A DNA stretch of 63,460 nucleotides, counting the filler, from Globobulimina sp. (lineage: Eukaryota): the NCBI GenBank assembly GCA_003354225.1. It is 50 parts of 50 records of this genome, joined end to end, with 100 filler letters (N's around TTAATTAATTAA, not from the genome) between each part and the next. Parts side by side here need not be neighbours in the genome. Positions count along the whole stretch, not along the records: positions 11,449 to 12,620 come from PIVH01021734.1; positions 12,721 to 13,892 come from PIVH01021735.1; positions 13,993 to 15,164 come from PIVH01021736.1; positions 15,265 to 16,436 come from PIVH01021737.1; positions 16,537 to 17,708 come from PIVH01021738.1; positions 17,809 to 18,980 come from PIVH01021739.1; positions 19,081 to 20,252 come from PIVH01021740.1; positions 20,353 to 21,524 come from PIVH01021741.1; 42 more parts are not named here. One strand, 5' to 3'. Shown one piece after another: positions 12,421 to 24,168 of this stretch. Every line of letters starts with the position of its first letter. The stretch's first letter is position 1. The position numbers were made by a program, and so were the translations under genes. The notes under the pieces were generated by a model, which was not told the origin of the DNA, made no database searches, and was given only the letters and a program-made list of their open reading frames with translations.

Positions 12421-12720
12421 TAAGTGTTTTTAATTCTATTTTTAGGATATTGTGTGGAGACAATGCATTATTTAATTTAACGATCTTTGATCTTTAATTC
12501 AAGAATGCATTATTTAATTTTAATTTTTTCCATGTATTTGGATTTATATTTTTTTTATATGATTATCAAATAATGAACATGCGGATTATTGTCAAATTCA
12601 GTAGCTACGGTGCATGCAAANNNNNNNNNNNNNNNNNNNNNNNNNNNNNNNNNNNNNNNNNNNNTTAATTAATTAANNNNNNNNNNNNNNNNNNNNNNNN
12701 NNNNNNNNNNNNNNNNNNNN

Positions 12721-13330
12721 TTTATGATTTTTCCCTTGATCCCAAAAAGGAAACCAGCATAATAAACAGTTAAACAATGGAGACAGTGGGATAATGAGTG
12801 GAATCAGTCCAGTTGACACAGCTGTTGCTATCACAGATACTTCCGATGTATTTTTATCATTTAAATGAACTTCCAATGTAATAACATCTAACCATCCTTC
12901 ATTTATATTATATTATATTATTGATAATTGATAATATGATATATATACAAATCAATATATTAATTCATACCACACAAATCAGAAAATGAATAAGCGCTTA
13001 ATTTAAATCCATACATAGTTGTTTTTTGTTGATATATAATCAAATTACATTTTTCTAATGCTTCACAAATTATAATTAAATGTTCTTCAGTTTTGGGGAA
13101 TTGAAACCTCCACTTTTTTTCTGATCGATGCAAATTACGAATCATAGGTATCCATTGTGCTGGGCGTAAAAACGCTGATATTGGTGCTTGATATTTAATG
13201 CATGGATTACATGGGATCTCTGGTTCTAAATATTTTGCGTGTAACATAACAACAACGTTTGAATGCGCATTTGCATTTAGATCAAGAGTCAAACACAATA
13301 ACTTGGTCTTGGTTCTATCAAAAGGTCTTC
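12721..13330 (-). CDS. Hypothetical two-exon protein
   Basis: ORF 13298-12960 and ORF 12876-12721 are separated by an AT-rich intron-like gap. Confidence 0.4.
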
Positions 13331-13462
13331 GTCGTCCATGCCGACTGATTCAATGTCCATTCTATAGTCAAATGCTTTGTAAAGTGCGAGGATATCATTT
13401 ATTATTTATTTTTTTTGTATACAAATTGTACGATCTGTGATGTGCAGTCACTCTCAAATTAG

Positions 13463-13892
13463 TTAATTTGTTTCAAGAATATCAATTATTTGATTTAATC
13501 CACTCAATGCATCACTGGGTTCCTCTTTTGCCAACACAACATGTTGCGTTTTACATTCATATTCATCATCAATATCATCAGTATTATACAAACTGTTTAC
13601 AAATTCAAATACTTGCTCAAAACCTTTAAAATTATTAGCTTTCCCTTGCAAACGACCAGGTTTTCCACCACCAGAACCATCAATAAATTTTAATATCTTT
13701 TGTTTATTTTGTTTATTTTTTGGTGATAATAATGTTTTATCATTCGTTGCCATAATAAATTGACCACGTTTTGGCGATATGCCCATTGAAAACATTATAA
13801 ATATAATCACATCTTTACTATTTTTATTATTTTTAAATTCATTCAATATGCCATCACCTATTCCTTGCAACATTTTATTATTACCATTCACA
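13463..13892 (-). CDS. DHHA1 domain (AlaRS C-terminus/AlaX-like), 5' partial
   Basis: IDGSGGGKPGRLQGKA matches the GxGGGxxxxxQG motif. Confidence 0.65.
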
Positions 13893-13992
13893 NNNNNNNN
13901 NNNNNNNNNNNNNNNNNNNNNNNNNNNNNNNNNNNNTTAATTAATTAANNNNNNNNNNNNNNNNNNNNNNNNNNNNNNNNNNNNNNNNNNNN

Positions 13993-15164
13993 AATCGGTG
14001 ATAATGTTAATTTCAGTGAATCGAAAACTTTTTTTTTCAGTGAATTTATACTCACATCGGTCACATGCTTTTTTTCAGCTTCAGCTGCAATCTGTAAACA
14101 GCGTAATTTATGCTGTGTCATCTCAACGACTGCAAGCAAGTTTTCCCTTATATTAAAAACAATGTTTAATGTTAAATTTAATTCGGAAAAAGTACAAAAT
14201 AGAGCATACATCGACCACTCTTTGGCTAAATGGATCATGAATGTATCAAAGCCAATTTCTGTTTTAATAACATCTGTGATAGCAACTCTGCACTGAACAT
14301 CCAAGTTTCGATCCTGTGATCGTGTCGACAGATGCATTGATCTCATAACAGCTGAACTGATACCGGCTGAACTGGAATTAATTGAAAATTCATTTTCATG
14401 CTGACTTCGTAGTATATATTGCAGCTCCTTCATCTGCTCATATTTATACATTGGATACATGGTTAAAAGCAAAGTAGCCGAAGCCATTAAGACTACGGTG
14501 ATAATATGTGTTATATACCAATGGATAAAGGCATCGCCAATCAGCAATCCGCTGATGACGAATATAAAATAATGTATCAGCAACAAAGCATAACAAATCA
14601 ATATGTTTCTTATTTCTTGATGTATTAGGAATTCATCGTCAAAAACAGGTGTTTTTGACCACAGGAAAAATAAAATAAAGACCAAAGGTAAAAAAATTAC
14701 TGCATCCACTAACGATGCGGTAAACAAACCGAGCGGCAATAAACAAATAGGAATAGCAGAGGATACAAAGCAAGCTATTATAAAATATTTAGAAATGTAA
14801 TGTATTGAACCGAAACTTGCTTTATATTTAATGAAAAATGAATCGTTGTTTTGATGGTTTGTATCAATATAATTCTTCCATTTATTTGCATCGTTCAATT
14901 TGGTCCATTTCACATTGAAGAATACTAAATATACTCTCAACATTAATGCGAAGGTAGATGTATGGAGTACGCACACAAAACAGCTCCACCGCATCCATTG
15001 AAACCAAATTGGTGAATAAATGCCACAATGAATTATCGAAGATAATACTCGTTCGACTAAAATAAACAGCAATAAAGCTGCTACAGATATTGCTACTAAT
15101 AATGGATATCGCTTACTTATAAACGGGTGTTGCCGTAATACCAAATATTTTCGTAAATAAAATA
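13993..15164 (-). CDS. 7TM-RGS protein (partial); 63-nt intron 14147-14209
   Basis: Six visible TM helices followed by VIKTEIGFDTFMIHLAKEWS|MENLLAVVE, the RGS box F..FL..E.S.ENL.F. Confidence 0.75.
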
Positions 15165-16537
15165 NNNNNNNNNNNNNNNNNNNNNNNNNNNNNNNNNNNN
15201 NNNNNNNNTTAATTAATTAANNNNNNNNNNNNNNNNNNNNNNNNNNNNNNNNNNNNNNNNNNNNTATATATACCTTTCATGTTATACATACAGTTTATAC
15301 CAAGTCTTCTAGAGTAGTTACTTTTATGTAGTGAACCTTTTACCTTTTTATTCTAATCTACTTGTAACATAATAATGTTACTAACATATCCATAATGTTA
15401 TTAACATATCCATTATTTGCTATTGTTTCTGGCGAGAATGTATTAAATCGATCAGACAATGTACGATTTGCTGATCTGTTTGCTATATATCTTTATGTTT
15501 ACATTTATTTATCAGAGGTTTAGATTCGCAAAGTTACGCAAACACAAACTATACAAATTAAAAATACCGATCAGATGTTGGTTCAATTGAAGATGATAAA
15601 AATGATGCATTTTCTGCATGATAATGATTGTGATGAGGGATGGATTTGTATTTATTTGTATTTGGCGATATCGATTTGATTGAATGGATGGAATGAGTAG
15701 ATTTGTTGAGTTTAATTGGTGTTTGCATGATTACTGCAGCTGGAGAACATATATTTGCTATATTTGCTGATGTTCGGTTAAGAACATGTTTCGATCTCTT
15801 TCGAGGAGAAAGTGTCAATGGACGAGTTATATTCATTTATGGCTTGTAAAGAAGACGAGATGAAGTTTAGCTCAATTTGAAGAAACTGTTTTCTACTTAT
15901 TACCAAATTTGCTAAAGCATCAAAATCTTTACAACCAAGATGGAGTAATGACATATATTGGAGTAGTGACATATATTATTGGATGGAGTAGTGACATATA
16001 TTATTACTAAGCTATCCTATCCAAACAATAAACCAAAATTACAGTAATGTTGTTGTGTGTTCTGTTTCTCGAGAGTAACCACCATTGTCATAAAAATTGC
16101 AAAAACTTCTTCCTACAGTCTTCTTGGTAGTTTAGTCTTTTTTCTTGACAATGGAAGCAAAAGTGTCGATACCTGTGCAAAAATTTAACACTAAAGATCC
16201 AGTACCATCATATGATAGATTACTCCACCAATTTCAGTCACGATATGACGTCAAGGCTTGGAAAGAACTAATTGCTTCGCTAAATTATGCAATTGGAACA
16301 TGTATATCATATTATATATATTCTTACAAATATCTAAAAATTATTAACAAAACATATATACTATAATGTAGACACAAGCAACAATGAAAATATATCGTGG
16401 TCTTCAGATTATTTGTCTAAAATGAAAATTCAAATTNNNNNNNNNNNNNNNNNNNNNNNNNNNNNNNNNNNNNNNNNNNNTTAATTAATTAANNNNNNNN
16501 NNNNNNNNNNNNNNNNNNNNNNNNNNNNNNNNNNNNT

Positions 16538-16796
16538 AAAAGAAAAATATAAAAAAATAACACAGGAAATTAAAGAATTACTAACAAACCTAAAAAATAG
16601 TAACTACATAATAAAACTATACTGGATACCAGGACACATAGACAATATGTGAAATTACCTAGCTGACAGCCTAGCAAAGAAAGCAGCAAGAAACTATAAT
16701 AACCAACCACCAGGCAACTGGGCCCCTTCGGGAGCACTTCAAGTGCACCACGGGCATCCAAGGATGCAGCTTTAAATTATTATTATTATTATTATT
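16538..16796 (+). mobile_element. 3' end of a non-LTR retrotransposon: RNase H domain (in-frame TGA at 16650) followed by an (ATT)7 tail
   Basis: IKLYWIPGHIDNM*NYLADSLAKKAA matches the RNase H WxPGH..N..AD.LAK motif; stop at 16773-16775 is directly followed by (ATT)7. Confidence 0.8.
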
Positions 16797-16797
16797 A

Positions 16798-16962
16798 ATA
16801 GCATGCTGTTTTTTTAGCATTAACATAGCATTAACATATGTTCATCTTTTATGTTAATGCTATGAAAATAGCATTTTCAATATAGATTTTTGCATTATCA
16901 TAGCATTAACATAAGAAAATAGCATTAACATAGCATTAATATAGCATTAATATAGCATTAAT
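16798..16962. repeat. 11-bp minisatellite ATAGCATTAAY
   Basis: Several tandem and dispersed copies, with at least one inverted copy (TGTTAATGCTAT). Confidence 0.8.
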
Positions 16963-17808
16963 ACGAATGGCGCATATTTTGCGGAACAGAAATGTGGTGC
17001 TTTGGTCCTGTTTTGCGGAACCAGCTTTGTGAGCAAGTCAAAGGATTGTAGGGGGGTTTTGCGGGACAGTTTTTTAAATCAAAAAACGAGTTGCGGAACG
17101 ATCCGCAAAGTTATACAGTGATCCGCAAAGTTTTTATAGACGAACGTTTGAAATCCACAAAGTATAACTTTACTTTCATACGATTCATTGATCGATTATT
17201 TTGATCATCAGCGGGATATGATAGCTGATATTGTCAGTTGTTGCGGGTGAATCTGGTGCTGTATTTGCAATGACTGTATTCTCTGCATTGGTGGATGTGT
17301 GCGTTGGATTGTGAATATTGATTGATAATTCACAATCATATAATGACTGACTTAGTGTATCGCTGTCACTGTCAGACGAACGAGAGCATGGTTGCATGCT
17401 TGACATGTTCGACATTGCAGAAAGAAAGTTTTTTTTGTCGGACATTTAATGTTCCAATGAAAATAGCTTTGAGGATCTACCTTGCAGAGCACCACATCAC
17501 TGATCCACTACCACCAAAGCTCCACATTTCTGTTCGGCAAAATATGCGCTGCTTTTTTGGTGCAATAACTATATTATATATTATGAGTCATATTGTTCCC
17601 ACCAAGAGACTTGCGATGGAAACATAGAAAGTTGGTATTACTGGCAATAGCATCCTTTGTAAGGAACACAGGAAGACTACGTTTGAGATAAAATTGATTT
17701 TGGATGTCNNNNNNNNNNNNNNNNNNNNNNNNNNNNNNNNNNNNNNNNNNNNTTAATTAATTAANNNNNNNNNNNNNNNNNNNNNNNNNNNNNNNNNNNN
17801 NNNNNNNN

Positions 17809-18146
17809 CTGGCGCTGTTTATGGAGACCAGATGCCCTACCTGGAAAAATTGAAACGAGCACGGCCCAGCGAAATCCAGCGAACCTACCTGGACAACCTG
17901 GAAGAAAATCTGAATGACATTACATCACCCTTTGTTCACGGCATATCTACCAAATACTTAAAACTTACACCTGCTGAAATCCAGGTGGCAAACCAGGTGA
18001 AACAGGGAAAAACATCTAAAGAAATCGCCGATATACTGCACATGTCCACCAGGACAATAGATGCTCACCGATACAACATAAGAAGAAAAATCGGACTGAA
18101 CAGCAAAAAAGAAAATCTTCGAACATACCTTTTGTCATTAAAATAA
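17809..18146 (+). CDS. Bacterial LuxR-family HTH regulator, C-terminal part
   Basis: LTPAEIQVANQVKQGKTSKEIADILHMSTRTIDAHRYNIRRKIGL. Confidence 0.92.
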
Positions 18147-18211
18147 CAGCGGTTAGCCGGTTGGCTAGTTTATTTGTTTGATTTATATACATAGGATGCA
18201 GTGATTTTTTT

Positions 18212-18333
18212 AACGTCGAACATCGAACGTTCAACTTTGAACTTCGAATGTTGAAGGCGCTTCGCTTTGTCATTTTTTAAATGACAGAATACAATATTGG
18301 AAGTTCGACGTTGGAAGTTGAAAGTTGGACGTT
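18212..18333. repeat. Intergenic palindromic element made of 6+6 heptamer repeats
   Basis: AACGTCG-AACATCG-AACGTTC-AACTTTG-AACTTCG-AATGTTG with a mirrored reverse-complement arm; inner hairpin TGTCATTT/AAATGACA. Confidence 0.8.
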
Positions 18334-18514
18334 CATCTTTTCAGGTGTTGCTGTTTTACCCGTCTTTCAAACCAGCTCAACCGATTTGTACCTAAATCCA
18401 TCTAGGTATATTGTAATAATTAATATAGCATTGTTTTTTTTAGGATTTATGGCAAAATTATGTCAAAGTTTTAAAATTATTCATTCCTTGATAACACAAG
18501 AACAGGGGGACAAA

Positions 18515-18980
18515 ATGAGTGACCAGAACAACGATTCAATTGATAAAGGATTAATGGCCAGACCGATACCCAGGCATATTGATCTGTCAAAGGAAACGCT
18601 TGAAGAAGCATACAGAAAAATGATGCGCATCCGGAAAGGTGAGGAAAAGATTCGTGAAATTATTACAGGTGAACCGGGTGTACTTCAACAGTGGGTCCAC
18701 TCTTCAGAAGGTGAAGAGGCATGCAGTGTAGGCGTTGCTATGGCTATGAGATTAGGCGACCTTCAAACAGGAGATGTTTTGGAAGGTACGCATAGATCCC
18801 ATGGGTTTCCCATTGCAATGGGTGTTGATCTGAAGGCATGGATGGCTGAACTTTTCGGAAAAGCAACCGGCACAAACAAGGGGCGTGGGGGCACTATGCA
18901 CCTTGCAGATATCAGTATCGGCATGATGGGATCAAACGGCGTCGTTGGAATGTGTACAAAACCGGTGGGCGCTGCCATGG
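18515..18980 (+). CDS. TPP-dependent dehydrogenase E1 alpha subunit (acetoin/pyruvate dehydrogenase family), 3' partial
   Basis: RBS AGGGGGA upstream; YRKMMRIRKGEE, VHSSEGEEA, THRSHG, MAELFGKATGTNKGRGGTMH, GSNGVVG. Confidence 0.9.
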
Positions 18981-19080
18981 NNNNNNNNNNNNNNNNNNNN
19001 NNNNNNNNNNNNNNNNNNNNNNNNTTAATTAATTAANNNNNNNNNNNNNNNNNNNNNNNNNNNNNNNNNNNNNNNNNNNN

Positions 19081-19937
19081 ATTATCTGCGCAAAAGTTAT
19101 TGCATCAAATATAAAAGGCTTTATATGTATTAATTCATTGTCATTTTCAGTAAACATTGATAAAAATCGCAATTTAATATATTGTGACATAAAATATTTA
19201 TAAGCCGTAATCATTTTATTATACTCGTTGGAGTTTTGATATTTTATGTTGATGTCATTGCACATATTTTGTATGGAATTAAATATATTTTGATATCTCA
19301 AATATTCATTTATTATATATCCATCTGGATTCGATCTATTTTTATTAAATCTATGTTCAAAATGCCAATATGCGGACCATGTCCTTGTTACAGGATTTCG
19401 TGTTAACATTAAAGCTTTGATTGGATATAAAAATGACGAAAATATAACAGAGAGTATTGGTATTCTTGAGTAAGACGGCGCATTTTCATATAAAATACAA
19501 TAATTAGCAATGTCATCGCCAATCTTATAAGATCGAGGATGAATACATTTAGTGTCTGCTGTTAAATTATGAGTAATCCAATGCAATGCATATTGCGCAG
19601 CGCTGCAATTAATAATATGTTTGAGATTAGGTTTTGGTTCAATTGTTGTGGATAAATCTGTTAATTTCACCATATTCTTCTCAAATTCATGCAAAAACTG
19701 TAACCATTCACCTTTGTTGTAAGCTGGCAAACATTTAAAATTTGATTTTATTGCCCAATATGCATATTCTTTTTGTGGATATGGATAAAAATTTGGATAT
19801 TTTATTAATGAGTACCATAAAGATGTAGTTCCTGTTTTAGTTGGGCCAATAATCACAAATGAAGGCATAGATAATTCAAACACATGATTTGCTTGCTCTA
19901 GATCTTGATTCTTCAGTTTATTGAATGTTAATGTTCT
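19081..19937 (-). CDS. Sulfotransferase (heparan sulfate 3-O-sulfotransferase-like fold), partial
   Basis: 5'-PSB motif PSFVIIGPTKTGTTSL; 3'-PB motif RNPVTRTWSAY. Confidence 0.85.
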
Positions 19938-20352
19938 CACCATCAGCAGACACTGTTGGATGAGGACCAGCAAAGTGCGACTGTCTGTTTCAGAGGGTTG
20001 CCTGGCATGTTGCCCCTGACGTAGACACACCAGTCCTGTGCTGTGTCCTCCTCCTAGGTACGTAGTCCAGAACACCAGACCCAGGGCTGAGTTCATGGCA
20101 TCACTTCTGCTGGAGACCAGGCAAGTTTGCAGCAGCTGGTCTATGTCTAGCTTGACAGGCGGCTGGGAGACCTGGAGTGCATGTAAGTACTAATCTAAGG
20201 TCATACTGATAACTCATATAAAGCCATTGACCCAGCCCAGCCGGCAACTAACNNNNNNNNNNNNNNNNNNNNNNNNNNNNNNNNNNNNNNNNNNNNTTAA
20301 TTAATTAANNNNNNNNNNNNNNNNNNNNNNNNNNNNNNNNNNNNNNNNNNNN

Positions 20353-21524
20353 ATAGTAATACAAATGACGATCCGGGCTCATTAAACCATCGCATAAAAC
20401 AGAAATTATCGCAACATACTTATAATATGGTGTTACAATCCGAGTTACTGGGCATCTCTGACGAATATACAAATGTTGGCAATCAGATATTTAATAATAA
20501 CGATAATAACCATGAAACAATCAAAAATGACAACATATCCGCCATCCAAATGGATACCAACGAAGAGGATGACAATGAAGAAGAATACATTGATAATAAC
20601 AATAACAATATCTATGGTTCGCCATCATTGCCGACAAGAATAACAACACCGAATAGAAACGGTAATCAAAAGAAAGATGGCAAGCAAAGTAATAATAATT
20701 GCTCGCATCATCCGTTATGTCCCTGTTATAACAACGAGACTAATAACGAGAGTTCAGAAGAAAGTGAGAATAATAACGAGATTGAATGTGTCTGTGATTC
20801 GATCACAAGCAATGTGGCCACAAATTTTTTAGTGTCGCCGCAAAGAACATTGCGTTACGATCCAGAGAATGAGGAAAATAAGAATTGGAATAATGACTGT
20901 TTTAATACGAGCATGACGCCCATTAAACAGTCCTCGCAGTCGCAGTTGAAATGTTGTATGAAATCGATGAGAAACATTGCAAAATCTCCGTTTAAAGTGT
21001 TGGATGCCCCCCGTTTGACTGATGACTTCTACTTAAACTTAGTGGATTGGAGTACCTCTTGCAACATTTTATCCGTTGGGTTGGGCGAATGTGTCTATTT
21101 GTGGTCGGCCTACACCTCCAAAGTGACAAAGTTAGCCGATCTGAGCAAGATAATAAACGATCAGGACATCCAACAAGATGATGAATACGAGGCAGATGGA
21201 TATGATATGGTATGCAGTGTGGGATGGAGCAAAAACATATCAATGAAAGAAATAGCATCTCCCACATTAGACAGCAACAACAATAATCATTCCAATGCAG
21301 CGGATCTGTTAGCAGTGGGGAGTGGCAATGGCAATATCTTCATCTTTGACACCGTCAAATCGTCATTGTACCGTTCCAATTTAAAGAAACACAGCCATAG
21401 AGTTGGTGTGATCTCATGGAAAGATAATGTGATATTAGCGTCGGGGTCGCGAGACCGCAGCATCTATTTACGCGATATGCGTATGTCTGACAATAACAGC
21501 GATGCCGGCACGCCGCAACTGGCT
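20353..21524 (+). CDS. FZR1: APC/C activator Cdh1/Fizzy-related WD40 protein (partial)
   Basis: PFKVLDAPRLTDDFYLNLVDWS, LSVGLGECVYLWSAYTSKVTKL, HSHRVGVISW, SGSRDRSI. Confidence 0.9.
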
Positions 21525-21651
21525 NNNNNNNNNNNNNNNNNNNNNNNNNNNNNNNNNNNNNNNNNNNNTTAATTAATTAANNNNNNNNNNNNNNNNNNNN
21601 NNNNNNNNNNNNNNNNNNNNNNNNGATGTAATATTGTATTCTCATCAGAAT

Positions 21652-22796
21652 TTATTCAGAAACAGCTTTGGCATAAACCATATGTATACCCTCCATCTTC
21701 TCCACGTAACCAAAGTTCACTTGACACTGTTCGTTGTTCATCGACAGTCCTTCCTTGGTTGCCACATATTTGTCCTCCGAGTTGTACGTACAATGAATTC
21801 GCAGGGTATCATTTGGAAATAGCTTATAATGCACCGGATAAAGCCATTGCCGATCAAAATCCCACTGTTTGATCTCAAAGATAGTTTGTACGCGATCTGG
21901 ATACCGAATAAGGTCCACACGAACAGATTCGCCGAGTTCATGCATATGAACACCAATAGAAATAATGTCAATGCCTTCTTCTGCTACAAATTTGTTTGTG
22001 CATTCACTATGCATCGCACCCGATACTTGATACTCTTTTTGTTGCGGCGGGATTGAAAAATCGCCGATGGATACTCGCAGAATTCCGATTTGAGACTCTC
22101 GTTCCGACTCACTCGAAAAAATTCTCATCCCACTGCCAATCATATTGATTTCCTCTCTTTCGGCCAGCTCGAACTGTACTTCTATTGCATACAAACCCGG
22201 CGGCATTTTATAAAATAAGTTTGTTGGCCACGGCATAATTTTAGATTTGGGGCTGGCGGCCGGGAAAAATAAACTGCAGCTCGACAGATCGTACTTGGGT
22301 GGACTTTCATAGATATTTATGTCCCGTTGGGTTTAAAAGGTCCGATCGCTAACTTGCGGCTATTTGGGTGGGTCTGACTCGTTAAACCAACACGAACAGA
22401 AATATTTATTTAAGTGGCTTTAAATTGTATAACGAGGTTATTTGTTGCTATATATTTGTACCTGGATCCGCATTTTTTTATTATTGGATCAAATGCTTTA
22501 TCCGGACAACTAAACAAATGAACATGGTGCAATGCGTCACTTTCGGTACGGTCCAGAACACCAATTCCAATCGCATTGATTTGCTTCGATATATTAAACA
22601 TTGTGCAAAAATATTGCGAGGTGTCATTAATTGCTGCAGAAGCACTCATATTATACGGAAAAACAAAATCGATATAATTGCTAAAGATGTCCGCTGTGGG
22701 TGGGAATATTGAAGGATAAAATAAGGAAAGTCTCTTTCTTTGAGAATATTTATGTTGATTGATATTCAATTTGTAATAAGTGCTGGAAGCTAATAA
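21652..22796 (-). CDS. Copper type II ascorbate-dependent monooxygenase (DBH/MOXD1-like), spliced
   Basis: LHHVHLFSC, GVHMHELG, WDFDRQ, PNDTLRIHCTYNS, EGLSMNNEQC. Confidence 0.85.
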
Positions 22797-22896
22797 NNNN
22801 NNNNNNNNNNNNNNNNNNNNNNNNNNNNNNNNNNNNNNNNTTAATTAATTAANNNNNNNNNNNNNNNNNNNNNNNNNNNNNNNNNNNNNNNNNNNN

Positions 22897-23526
22897 ACAG
22901 CGCCAATGGGTTTGCTTGGAAGTAACAATATGTTTTTCCCCGATAAATATTGCAGGCCACATATGATGTATTGGTGGATCGCGTGGATAAAAAGCCAACC
23001 ACGGCACCCCTGTACGTTGGAAGTAACTGTCAACGAAACTTTTCTCTTCCATCAATGCAATGAAATGAGGATCGTTTTCCTGTCCTGGCTCAGGTGGTAA
23101 TATGTATTGATTCACATTGGCGACGATATGTACACGAAAGAATTCCGTTTCTTGTCTGGTTTGGCGGTCTGTGCTCGTAAAGTAAAATACATGACCTACG
23201 TAGGAGTTGGTTGCAGTGACTGATTTCGGAGGAATTGGGCCTTGGTACACTGAGTTGGTACCGCTCCACCAATAATATCGAACTGGGTAAGGGCGGGGAT
23301 TTTTAAATATTACACCCATTGCTGCTGGGTGTTGGGTTGGTTGGTTGGCTTTCACTTTTTTGACAAAATGGGATTTACCGTCTGCTGCGACACTCAATTG
23401 TTCAATGTCTTGTTCATTAGGATCGGAATTAATTGGATTTATTGATAGATTGATGAGTAGAGATAGGAGCAAGAGTTGAAAAGGGCAACACGTGGAGCAA
23501 GAGTTGAAATATGACATGGCCAACAC
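22897..23526 (-). CDS. Secreted protein with a VHL-beta-like segment, probably the N-terminus of a prolyl-4-hydroxylase-type enzyme
   Basis: Signal peptide; VIFKN..PVRYYW..YQG.I...NSYVGHVFYF; TGVPWLAFYPRDPPIHHMWPA. Confidence 0.5.
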
Positions 23527-23556
23527 GTGATGTACAGAGTTAAGATAAAAACGAGC

Positions 23557-24068
23557 TTAAAATATCACAGAAAAGAAAGACATTACAATTAATACTTGAT
23601 AACTGGTTATCATGTTTGGTGAAGCTGAATCTTCTTTATTTGTTGTGTGAGAGTCAGTATTTGTTGTTGTCTTATTTCCAGAACCTCCAGTTACCGCTGT
23701 TGTAGATGTGTCAGCGACAGCATTTGTTGTTTTATTTCCAGAAACTTCAGTGATGGTATCAGGACCACTTGGTGTTGCTGTTGGTGTTTGTGTTGGTGTT
23801 TCAGTTGATGTTGGTGTCTTAGTTGTTGGTGTTTCAGTTGTTGTTGTTGTTGGCGTCCCAGTCGTTGTTGTTGGTGTTTGTGTTGCACCAATTTCTATAC
23901 CGCATAATTGAGGGCATATAGGATGAGGTGGATCATGGTAACAATTATTATCACACCAACATGGATCCACTGCAGCAGATGCATCAACTGGAAAGTCATC
24001 TGGATTTAATATTTTCTGCGCCACGCTACCATCATAATCATTACATATTACTTGCTGTGTACCTGAAC
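23557..24068 (-). CDS. Thr-rich surface glycoprotein with a hydrophobic C-terminus (possibly GPI-anchored)
   Basis: Small Cys module, TPT repeats, terminal hydrophobic tail. Confidence 0.6.
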
Positions 24069-24168
24069 NNNNNNNNNNNNNNNNNNNNNNNNNNNNNNNN
24101 NNNNNNNNNNNNTTAATTAATTAANNNNNNNNNNNNNNNNNNNNNNNNNNNNNNNNNNNNNNNNNNNN

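Noticed and set aside
16650..16652. In-frame TGA as selenocysteine or Trp recoding
   Set aside because: A single stop in a retroelement copy at a non-Cys position; simple decay is more likely.
18281..18514. N-terminal extension of the E1-alpha ORF
   Set aside because: It runs through the heptamer repeat and promoter region; a strong RBS supports ATG 18515.
22304..22461. Second apparent TAR read-through (TAG 22360, TAA 22333) in the copper monooxygenase if the 44-nt intron 22418-22461 is used
   Set aside because: An alternative 158-nt intron (22304-22461) is also in phase, removes both stops and gives Cys spacing closer to DBH/MOXD1, so recoding is not required. Worth rechecking if 48319-49489 is confirmed.
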